From NCBI GenBank assembly GCA_029881655.1, contig JAOUME010000002.1:1-55580 (forward strand): DNA of 55,580 nt, written 5' to 3'. Below are positions 45,223 to 53,429 of this stretch, piece after piece; within the stretch, counting starts at the first letter, position 1, and every line of letters begins with the position of its first letter. Source of the DNA: Deltaproteobacteria bacterium (GTDB taxonomy: Bacteria; SAR324; XYD2-FULL-50-16). The translations under genes were made by a program, and so were the position numbers. A model generated the notes under the pieces. The model ran no database searches and was not told the origin of the DNA. It was given only the letters and a program-made list of their open reading frames with translations.

Positions 45223-45302
45223 AGCAAAACTATGGGTTGGTTCGAATCAAAACCGTTTTTCATTTTCAAATAACTTAAAAAGCCACCAAAAAGGATGTAA
45301 CC

Positions 45303-46937
45303 ATGGCAGAACAAACAGCGAACTTTGTAGCGGATTTTCAAACGCAATTTCAGAATTTTTTCCAGGGCTTATCCATCGGGAAAAAAATCTTTCTGTTTAC
45401 AAGTTTGGGGTCGATTCTTCTTGGGTTGGCAGCGTTTATCTTTTTTTCGCAACAAGTAACCTGGGCTCCTCTGGTCAATGGTCTCAATCAGGAAGACGCG
45501 TCCAAAGTCGTGCAGAAACTGGATGAATTGAACATCAAATACATTCTTCAGCCAGGTGGCGGCTCAATCATGGTGGCAGGTGAGGATGTTGACAGGGTCC
45601 GCCTGCAAATCGCTTCAACCGGAATTCAGATGGGCGGCCTGGTCGGTTATGAGATTTTCGATAAAAACAACCTGGGCGCAACCGAGTTTCAACAGAAAAT
45701 CCAGTATAAAAGAGCTTTGGAAGGGGAGTTGTCGAGGTTAATCACCAAGATCAAGCAGATCAACAAGGCTAAGGTATCCCTTGCGATACCAGAGAAATCA
45801 CTGTTTGTTGACGAGCAAAATAAGCCCACCGCATCAGTGGTTCTGGAGATTGCAGGAGGTCAAAGACTCTCCCAATCGGGGATCATGACCATATTGAATC
45901 TGGTATCAGGCGCGGTTGAGGGGATGAGCATTGATGGCGTTAAGATAGCCAATCAAAACGGCAAATTGCTCTCTAAAGGTTTAACCGACCCGGACGGATC
46001 GGATCTCAGGGATAAAAACCATCACTATCAGGTCACCGTTGAGAAAAGACTTGAAGAAAAACTAATCACCCAGTTGGAAAAAGTAACAGGAAAAGACCGG
46101 GTTGAGGTCCGGGTATCTTTAGCGTTGGATTTTGACTCCAGCGAGATCACCGAGGATCTGGTGGATCCCGACAGTTCGGCTGTTTTAAGCGAAGAAGCGC
46201 TCAACGAGAGCATGACCGGATCAAGGTCCATACCGGTCGGCGTTCCAGGTGTCACGTCCAATTCCCCTGAAGTCAGGGCAGGCGCCAGTGAAATCGCCAA
46301 CGTATCGGATTCCAATAAAAAAACCAAGAGAACCAACTATGTCAACAGCAAGAGCCATATCGTCCGTAAAAAATCCGCAGGAGCGATCAAAAGAATGAGC
46401 GTGGCGGTGCTTTTGGATGGAATCTATGAGTATGTTCGTGATGAAAGCGGTGAGATTACAGGAAAGGAGCCGGTTTATAATCCCTGGTCGCCCAAGGACT
46501 TGGAGATTATCGAACAAATCGCCAAGCAGACCGTGGGTCTTAACGAAAAAAGAGGCGATACCATAACGGTACAAAATATCCGTTTTACCAAGCCTTTGGT
46601 TGAACAGGAAAAGTTAAAACAACAAAACCGTGAAACCACTAGAAAATTTATTATCGATTTGGTACGTTATGTCTTAGTCGGAGCGATCATCGTGGTCTTA
46701 GTTTTCATGGTCATCAGACCGATGGTGATGAAATTGTCAGCCAAGCCGGAAGATCTGGATCTGTTGATGGGACTGCCAACCACGATCGGAGAACTCGAAG
46801 GCGAAGAACTCGAAATCCCGACGGAAAAGGAAACGGGGATACCGCCGCGAGACAAGATTATCGATATCGCGAGACAAGATCCGCTCAAGACCGCTTCTTT
46901 GGTGCGTACATGGTTGCGTGAGAAAAAAGGCCCTTAA
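45303..46937 (+). CDS. fliF: flagellar MS-ring protein FliF
   Basis: The 544-aa protein has N- and C-terminal TM segments flanking a large periplasmic region. Its position after fliE supports the call. Confidence 0.85.
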   Translation: MAEQTANFVADFQTQFQNFFQGLSIGKKIFLFTSLGSILLGLAAFIFFSQQVTWAPLVNGLNQEDASKVVQKLDELNIKYILQPGGGSIMVAGEDVDRVRLQIASTGIQMGGLVGYEIFDKNNLGATEFQQKIQYKRALEGELSRLITKIKQINKAKVSLAIPEKSLFVDEQNKPTASVVLEIAGGQRLSQSGIMTILNLVSGAVEGMSIDGVKIANQNGKLLSKGLTDPDGSDLRDKNHHYQVTVEKRLEEKLITQLEKVTGKDRVEVRVSLALDFDSSEITEDLVDPDSSAVLSEEALNESMTGSRSIPVGVPGVTSNSPEVRAGASEIANVSDSNKKTKRTNYVNSKSHIVRKKSAGAIKRMSVAVLLDGIYEYVRDESGEITGKEPVYNPWSPKDLEIIEQIAKQTVGLNEKRGDTITVQNIRFTKPLVEQEKLKQQNRETTRKFIIDLVRYVLVGAIIVVLVFMVIRPMVMKLSAKPEDLDLLMGLPTTIGELEGEELEIPTEKETGIPPRDKIIDIARQDPLKTASLVRTWLREKKGP

Positions 46938-46960
46938 GTCTAACCCTTTGTTAAAGGTCA

Positions 46961-47884
46961 ATGGAAACCTACAAACCGCCTGTTTTCGATAGAGATTCTG
47001 ATAATTCAGGGGAATCAGCCGACTTTAAGCCTTTCGATACAGGGGATGCTAGCGGCCAGGCCGAGATGTTCGAGGCGGATGTTCTCTCTGAAGACAAAAA
47101 AGCCAGACCCGCTAAAAAAGAGTTCGTCACCTTTACTTCCAAACAATTCAATGAGGAAGGGACTCTTTTAACCAACGTCGAGGAGTACACCAAAAAAATC
47201 CAGATTGAGGCGGAGAGCCATGTCCGCCTTGTCCGCAATGAAGTGGACCTGATAAAATCAGAAATCGAGTTGGAACTCGCTAACGCCATCATCAAAAGAA
47301 GAGCTGCCGAAGAGGAAGCCCAAAAAATCGTTCAGGAAGCTGAAAACTCAAGGGAAGAAGTCATCAAAGCCGGTACGGAAAAAGGGTTCAAGGCTGGTTT
47401 CGAGGATGGCTTAAAACAGTTTAAGCAACAAAACGAACAAAACACCCAAGAGATCCTGAATCTTTTAAACGATATGAAAAAGCTGAGGCAAACCCTGCTT
47501 CAAAAACACGAACAAAACTTCGTCAACCTAAGTACTCTCATCGCTAAAAAAATCGTTCATAAGCACCTTGCCACCAATAAGGCCGCCATATTGAACATGT
47601 TGAAAAAAAATATCAGCCGGCTTGATGGAATGGGTCTCGTCACGATTTCTCTTAATCCAGACGAATATAATTTTATCGCACAGTATCAAAGCGAACTATC
47701 TACTTTTTTAGGGGAAGATCAGGTTATCAAGCTTAAAATCAATCCTGAGGTACAGTCTGCCGCGCCCCTGATCGAGACGGACTTCACCGTCATCGACCTG
47801 GATATCAAAAAACAGTTTAAGGAGGTTGATAAACTCTTTGATACTCTGGTTGAAGACCGAAAAGGGCTTTTTAAACTTTCTTAG
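46961..47884 (+). CDS. fliH: flagellar export regulator FliH
   Basis: A charged coiled-coil N-half is followed by GFKAGFEDGLKQ and a C-terminal domain (ISLNPDEY ... IETDFTVIDLDI). It lies immediately upstream of fliI. Confidence 0.7.
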   Translation: METYKPPVFDRDSDNSGESADFKPFDTGDASGQAEMFEADVLSEDKKARPAKKEFVTFTSKQFNEEGTLLTNVEEYTKKIQIEAESHVRLVRNEVDLIKSEIELELANAIIKRRAAEEEAQKIVQEAENSREEVIKAGTEKGFKAGFEDGLKQFKQQNEQNTQEILNLLNDMKKLRQTLLQKHEQNFVNLSTLIAKKIVHKHLATNKAAILNMLKKNISRLDGMGLVTISLNPDEYNFIAQYQSELSTFLGEDQVIKLKINPEVQSAAPLIETDFTVIDLDIKKQFKEVDKLFDTLVEDRKGLFKLS

Positions 47885-47935
47885 CTATAAACCGAAGCAG
47901 TAATACATTCCTCGCGACAAACGATAAAGGTAATC

Positions 47936-49264
47936 TTGTTCGATATAAAAGCCTATTTTGACGCAGTCGAGAATCAAAAATCAGCTCCGCTTCATGGGAA
48001 AGTGGAAGAGGTTATCGGTTTTTTGATCAAGGCTCATAATCCAGGACTTAATATCGGCAGCAGTTGTGAGATACTCAACCCCGAGACTGGTGAGACTCAG
48101 TTGGGCGAGGTCGTAGGTTTTAAGGAGGGCAAGATTCTGGTCATGCCCATCGGTGATATAAGGGGCATCGGACCACATAACCATATCATCCCTTCGCGGG
48201 ACCGGTCTTTTGTTTACGTCGGCGATGAATTGCTGGGAAGGTCCATTGACGGACTTGGAGAACCGATTGATGGACTGGGACCCCTTAACTGCGAAAAAAA
48301 AGTCAGGATGTACAAAGATCCCATCAATCCTCTCCATCGAAGAAGAATCGACAGCTCACTCGATGTCGGCATCAAGTCCATTAACGGGGTTTTAACCTGT
48401 GGGAAAGGCCAGAGACTCGCGATCCTGTCTGGCTCAGGTGTCGGAAAATCGGTCTTGCTGGGGATGATGGCCAGAAATACCACGGCTGACGTGAATGTGA
48501 TTGCTCTGGTCGGGGAAAGAGGACGTGAAGTCAAGGAATTCATCGAAAAGGATTTGGGTCCCGAGGGATTGAAACGCTCTGTAGTCGTAGTGGCAACCTC
48601 AGATCAATCACCCTTAGCCCGAATTCGAGCGGCCTACATCGCCACATCGGTAGCGGAATATTTCAGGGAAGAGGGTAAGGACGTTTTGTTGATGATGGAC
48701 AGCGTCACCCGTTTTGCGATGGCTCAAAGAGAAGTCGGGCTCGCGGCGGGAGAACCTCCCACGACCAAAGGTTATCCGCCGTCTGTTTTCTCACTGCTCC
48801 CCAAACTTCTTGAAAGAGCCGGTAATTCGAAATCCAAGGGCTCGATCACCAGTTTTTATTCGGTGCTGGTCGAGGGGGATGACCCCAACGACCCCATTGG
48901 AGATGCCGTGAGATCGATCGTTGATGGACACATATTGCTGGACCGTGAAATCGCCGCCATGGGACATTATCCTGCCATCGATGTTCTGCGCTCAAGAAGC
49001 AGGGTAATGGTGGATGTCGCACCAGAGACCCACCAACTCAACGCCAAAAGACTGATCCAGACCTATTCGATTTATAAGGAAGCTGAGGATTTAATTAATA
49101 TCGGTGCTTATGTTAAAGGATCAAATCCTAAAATTGATTATTCAATTAGAAAAATCAATGAGATAAATCGGTTTTTACAGCAGGCGATCAGTGAAAAATT
49201 CACGATGATTGAATGCGAAGCTGTGCTGGAACAAATATTTCAGGATTTTCCTAATGATTTTTAA
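47936..49264 (+). CDS. fliI: flagellum-specific ATPase FliI
   Basis: Walker A GSGVGKS and Walker B LLMMDSVTR are present. The 442-aa protein has a TTG start. Confidence 0.9.
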   Translation: MFDIKAYFDAVENQKSAPLHGKVEEVIGFLIKAHNPGLNIGSSCEILNPETGETQLGEVVGFKEGKILVMPIGDIRGIGPHNHIIPSRDRSFVYVGDELLGRSIDGLGEPIDGLGPLNCEKKVRMYKDPINPLHRRRIDSSLDVGIKSINGVLTCGKGQRLAILSGSGVGKSVLLGMMARNTTADVNVIALVGERGREVKEFIEKDLGPEGLKRSVVVVATSDQSPLARIRAAYIATSVAEYFREEGKDVLLMMDSVTRFAMAQREVGLAAGEPPTTKGYPPSVFSLLPKLLERAGNSKSKGSITSFYSVLVEGDDPNDPIGDAVRSIVDGHILLDREIAAMGHYPAIDVLRSRSRVMVDVAPETHQLNAKRLIQTYSIYKEAEDLINIGAYVKGSNPKIDYSIRKINEINRFLQQAISEKFTMIECEAVLEQIFQDFPNDF

Positions 49265-49272
49265 AGAGATTT

Positions 49273-49896
49273 ATGTCAAGAACATTAATATTGGTGGATA
49301 TCCAAAACGATTTTTGTCCCGAGGGAGCGCTAGCGGTTCCAAAGGGTAATGAGGTAATACCCGTTGCCAACCGTCTTTTGGAGACAAAAGGAGTATTTGA
49401 TCTAATCATCGCTACGCAGGACTGGCATCCGGCTGATCATCTCAGTTTCGCAAGCCAGCACGCGGGAAGTATCGGCGACGTGATCGAACTGGGAGGCTTC
49501 ACCCAAGTTTTGTGGCCGGATCATTGTGTCCAAAACACCATGGGAGCGGAATTAACGCCTGGTTTAAAAAAAGACAGGATAGACAGAATTATATACAAGG
49601 GTATCCATCGTGAAATTGACAGTTACAGCTGTTTTTTTGAAAACGACCATAAAACAGCGACAGGCCTTGAGGACTTTCTCCGGCTTAAAGGAGTTACGAC
49701 TGTTTTTATAATGGGCTTGGCTACCGATTACTGTGTCAAGTACTCTGTGCTGGATGCTTTAGAGTTGAACATGGAAACGGTCGTTATCCAGGATGGGTGC
49801 AGGGGGGTTGAATTGAATCCTGGAGATGTCAAACAGGCGGAAATGGAAATGAGGCAGAAGGGCGCCAGATTTTGTGGCAGCCATGAACTTATCTAG
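49273..49896 (+). CDS. pncA: nicotinamidase/pyrazinamidase
   Basis: It has an isochorismatase-like fold with LVDIQNDFCP and the catalytic Cys in ATDYCV. Confidence 0.85.
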   Translation: MSRTLILVDIQNDFCPEGALAVPKGNEVIPVANRLLETKGVFDLIIATQDWHPADHLSFASQHAGSIGDVIELGGFTQVLWPDHCVQNTMGAELTPGLKKDRIDRIIYKGIHREIDSYSCFFENDHKTATGLEDFLRLKGVTTVFIMGLATDYCVKYSVLDALELNMETVVIQDGCRGVELNPGDVKQAEMEMRQKGARFCGSHELI

Positions 49897-49951
49897 TAAG
49901 GGATCGTTTTTGGTCTAGGCGGATAATCTTTATGTTTCACAGATTTAATCT

Positions 49952-50929
49952 ATGAGTTCGATAAGACGCAAAAGAAGGAACAATCGGTTTTTATTTTTTT
50001 TCTTGGTGACGCTTCCCTTTTTAGTCATTATCTTCACTGTAGGCGGTTACCTGTTTCTAAATGTAAATGAAACATACCGAGCAAAGGGGTGCGAACCGCT
50101 TAAGAAGGATGTGATTCAACCGTTTGATTTCGAGGAGCAGCAGGACATCCGTTTTGCGGCGATTGGAGACGCTGGGACCGGTGACGAGGCTCAGAAAAGG
50201 ATTGCTCAATCCCTTGAGAAGGTCTGTCTCTTAAAAGGATGCAATTTCGTATTAATGTTAGGAGATAATTTTTATCCTGACGGTATCCATTCGGTTACAG
50301 ATGATCAGTTCAAGGAAAAATTCGAGGATATCTATAGAAATTTCAAGATCCCTTTTTTCGCGGTTTTAGGTAACCATGATGTTCATGGAGATCCAAATGC
50401 CCAACTGTACAGAAGCCTTAATAGCGAGGTTTGGCGCATGCCGAATTTCTATTACCTTTTTAATGCCGGCCCCGCCAGTTTTTTAGGATTGAACTCGAAC
50501 TGTTCCCCCTTTAACTGGAAAGAGCAACAAGCAAAACTGGCCAAGGAAAAAACACCTTGGAAATTCGTTTTTGGACATCATACTATCTACAGTAGCGGCA
50601 CACACGGCAACGCGAATGTTTTATTAAGGGGACTTTGGCAGTACTATTTCGAAGAGGATGCCGATTTTTATATATCGGGTCATGACCATCAATTGGAACA
50701 TCTTCAGGTAAAGGGACAAAAGACACATTTTATCGTAAGCGGCGCTGGCGGGAAAAATTACAGTTCGCTTTCTGAAAGAAAAAAAACCAACAAACATAAC
50801 AGCAACTCTAAATTTATCTATCAAAATAATGGATTTGTGCTATTTGAGGTTGCGAAAAAACAGGTTCTGGTTGATTTCTTCGATGGAGACGGAAAGAGCC
50901 TGTATCAGTTTAAACAAATCAAGAAATAA
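49952..50929 (+). CDS. membrane-anchored metallophosphoesterase (purple-acid-phosphatase-like)
   Basis: It has an N-terminal TM segment and the motifs GDAGTGD, GDNFY, GNHD and GHDH. Confidence 0.8.
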   Translation: MSSIRRKRRNNRFLFFFLVTLPFLVIIFTVGGYLFLNVNETYRAKGCEPLKKDVIQPFDFEEQQDIRFAAIGDAGTGDEAQKRIAQSLEKVCLLKGCNFVLMLGDNFYPDGIHSVTDDQFKEKFEDIYRNFKIPFFAVLGNHDVHGDPNAQLYRSLNSEVWRMPNFYYLFNAGPASFLGLNSNCSPFNWKEQQAKLAKEKTPWKFVFGHHTIYSSGTHGNANVLLRGLWQYYFEEDADFYISGHDHQLEHLQVKGQKTHFIVSGAGGKNYSSLSERKKTNKHNSNSKFIYQNNGFVLFEVAKKQVLVDFFDGDGKSLYQFKQIKK

Positions 50930-50949
50930 TATAATATCAACTTATAAAG

Positions 50950-51957
50950 ATGTTCCGTAAGTTATCTAGAAGGGAATTTCTGAAGGGAATTGCTGTTGGG
51001 AGTTTAACCGCGCCCATGCTACTGAGTGGTTTTTCAGAAATTCTGCTGGCCCAATCGGAAGTTGAAAGGCAAAATATTATCTGGTTGCATGCCCAGTCCT
51101 CACGGGTTCATCAGTCGATGATCTTTAGTTTGCCCGATTTGCTGGATCTTTTCCAGAAGCGCTTTAATGTATTGAATTACGAACACTTAAAAAATCTGGC
51201 CAAGGAAGGTGACACGGATAAATTTGAGAAAACGCCCATTTTGATATTGGAGGGATATTTTCCCCATGAAAATGTCAAACCTCAAGATAACCTTTTGACC
51301 CAATTGATAAACGTCTCAAAGACCGTGATCATGTTGGGTAGTGAGGCTTCCTACAGCGCAAATGCCCCAGAGGGATTTTCTGACTTGGAAAAAGAATCTC
51401 TCACCCACACCACAACCCCTTTCATCCGACTACCTGGAATGCCCGTTCATTCTAGGCATTTGCTCGGGACGTTAAATCATCTACTTTTATATGGTTTCCC
51501 GGAACTGGATGAATACCGCAGACCGACCATGTTTTATAGCGAGAAAATTTGTGTAAGATGCGAGTACAACAGCGATTTTAATGCGGGAAACTTCGTCAGT
51601 CATTTTGGTGAAAAGGAAGGTTGCCTGTATCTTTTGGGTTGCAAGGGAAAGGTGACTTACAACTCTTGTCCGGTTGAGAAGTCCAATGGTACCATGAGTT
51701 GGTGCGTCAGTGCGGGGTCACCCTGTATTGGCTGTTCCGAGCCCATTTATCCCGATCATTCCGGCCTGGGATTATTTGGGCAGATAAGCAAGGATAAAGC
51801 GGGGGTTAATTCCGCTTTGATCCGCCATCTCAATGAGATCGCCTTAGGCGCGGTTGCCTTGACTGTCGGTGGCTTGACTTTCCATACTGCCAGCAAAAGA
51901 ATGTCTCTCCCATCCAGTATCGAAACTTCATTTACATACAGGGAAGACAAGGAATGA
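50950..51957 (+). CDS. [NiFe]-hydrogenase small-subunit homologue lacking proximal-cluster cysteines
   Basis: It keeps the Tat motif SRREFLK and a C-terminal TM anchor. It has eight Cys: KICVRC, EGCLYLLGCKG, YNSCP and SWCVSAGSPCIGC. The usual N-domain Cys sites instead read IIWLHAQSSRVHQS, IMLGSEASYS and RLPGMPV. Confidence 0.8.
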   Translation: MFRKLSRREFLKGIAVGSLTAPMLLSGFSEILLAQSEVERQNIIWLHAQSSRVHQSMIFSLPDLLDLFQKRFNVLNYEHLKNLAKEGDTDKFEKTPILILEGYFPHENVKPQDNLLTQLINVSKTVIMLGSEASYSANAPEGFSDLEKESLTHTTTPFIRLPGMPVHSRHLLGTLNHLLLYGFPELDEYRRPTMFYSEKICVRCEYNSDFNAGNFVSHFGEKEGCLYLLGCKGKVTYNSCPVEKSNGTMSWCVSAGSPCIGCSEPIYPDHSGLGLFGQISKDKAGVNSALIRHLNEIALGAVALTVGGLTFHTASKRMSLPSSIETSFTYREDKE

Positions 51958-53420
51958 GCCAAACCTTAATTCAACAGTTTCAAAGAACCGAGGGTATTAT
52001 TGGTTTGACTCTGTTTGAGACCAAGGACCGAAGGCAGGTTGTTTTCAATAGCGGTCAAAGCACCCATCTTGAAGAGAAGCTCAAGGGCCGATATCCTTTG
52101 GAACCTATCCACCTGACTCAATTGCTTTCCTCTAAAAACGGGATTTTTCACGCTATGGCTTCAGTATTGGCGATTGAGGATTATTTCAAGCTCAAACCTA
52201 CCTTAATCGCCGGCCATATCCGCCAGTTAATGATGCAGATCGCGACCATTCATTCTCATATCCATCATTTTTACTGGGAGTCTCTGCCCAATTATCTTCA
52301 TCGAAAACATCTCGAAAAAGTTGAGAATAAAGACCTGGTTTATTTCCCGCGGTTGGTTGATAGGGATAAGGATTCGGGGGATCTTTCCATAAAAACCGGA
52401 GGTTCAATCCTCAAGCACGTTGCCATGGCAGCTGAAACGCTGAATGTTCTACAAAAAACCCTTGCGATTCTGGGTGGGAAGTATCCAATCGTCATGAATC
52501 TGATTCCAGGAGGGGTGACGAACTTTAAGAACGAAAAAGACAAGCTGATGATCATCTTAAACAAGCTGGAAAGGCTAAAACCTTTTATTGAGGAAGTCTG
52601 GCCCGCGGATGTCAAGCAGTTCACACAGGATATTCCAGAGACGACCAAAGTCATCTTTCCAAACTTAAATCTGATCAGTTTTGGTTCCGTGCCTGTGGAA
52701 AAAATAGCTGATCAATCAACAGGGCTTTATATATCAGGTGTCCTGATCGATGGTAAATTGGAGCCCTTAAACGATTTTAAAATAACCGAATCTTTTGACA
52801 ATACCTTTTATGTGCCGATCGACGAACAAGGGGAGCTGAACGCGGATCTGTATGATGTAAACAAGAAAGGAGCCTATACTTGGATTAAAAGCGCGCGCTA
52901 CGAAGGAGAAAGCATGCTGACGGGTCCTTTAGCCAGAATGATGATCACACATTTCGGTGGAGGAAACCTGGAAATCAGTGATAGTATCGGCCACATGATC
53001 AACAATCTCGGATTGACTTCCGACTCTTATAACTGTGTAGCCAGCCGGATGTTCGCTGAAGTTTTTGAAGCCAGATATCACTTGAAATCCATTTTCCATA
53101 GCCTTTTGGCGATCAACCAGCAGTCGGATCTTAATTTAAAACGGCCATTTGATTTCTCAGACGGGGGTACAGGAACCGGCAGGGTAGAAGCACCAGGCGG
53201 CTCTTTGATGCATCAGACCTACATTAAGGGTGATCAAATCATGCAATACCGGATTATCTCTCCCATGAACTGGAATTTTTCAACCAGGGATAAAAACAAT
53301 CGCTCAGGAATCGTTGAACGGGAAATGAACCACTTTTTTCAGGAAAACGAGCTTTCCGAATTCCAGGCGAACAGAGTTTTCACATCCTATTACCCACAGG
53401 CTCTTGATGGAACCCAGTAG
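51954..53420 (+). CDS. [NiFe]-hydrogenase large-subunit homologue lacking all Ni-Fe cysteine ligands
   Basis: Family landmarks are kept: RTEG, VLAIED, IHSHIHHFY, LGGKYP..IPGGV, GPLARM, EAPGGSLMH and ISPMNWNFSTRD. RxCGxCxxxH is replaced by LLSSKNGIFH, and DPCxxCxxH by YPQALDGTQ-stop. The whole protein has only one Cys. An ATGA overlap links it to the upstream gene. Confidence 0.8.
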   Translation: MSQTLIQQFQRTEGIIGLTLFETKDRRQVVFNSGQSTHLEEKLKGRYPLEPIHLTQLLSSKNGIFHAMASVLAIEDYFKLKPTLIAGHIRQLMMQIATIHSHIHHFYWESLPNYLHRKHLEKVENKDLVYFPRLVDRDKDSGDLSIKTGGSILKHVAMAAETLNVLQKTLAILGGKYPIVMNLIPGGVTNFKNEKDKLMIILNKLERLKPFIEEVWPADVKQFTQDIPETTKVIFPNLNLISFGSVPVEKIADQSTGLYISGVLIDGKLEPLNDFKITESFDNTFYVPIDEQGELNADLYDVNKKGAYTWIKSARYEGESMLTGPLARMMITHFGGGNLEISDSIGHMINNLGLTSDSYNCVASRMFAEVFEARYHLKSIFHSLLAINQQSDLNLKRPFDFSDGGTGTGRVEAPGGSLMHQTYIKGDQIMQYRIISPMNWNFSTRDKNNRSGIVEREMNHFFQENELSEFQANRVFTSYYPQALDGTQ

Positions 53421-53429
53421 CATAAAACC

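Noticed and set aside
45239-45248. GGTTCGAATC, a T-loop-like sequence between fliE and fliF that might indicate a tRNA.
   Set aside because: There is no complementary T-stem, acceptor stem or anticodon arm around it. The gap is only 80 nt and serves as the fliF leader.
45194-45526. A 110-aa plus-strand ORF bridging the fliE end and the fliF start.
   Set aside because: It is an alternative frame overlapping two well-supported flagellar genes, and it has no motif.
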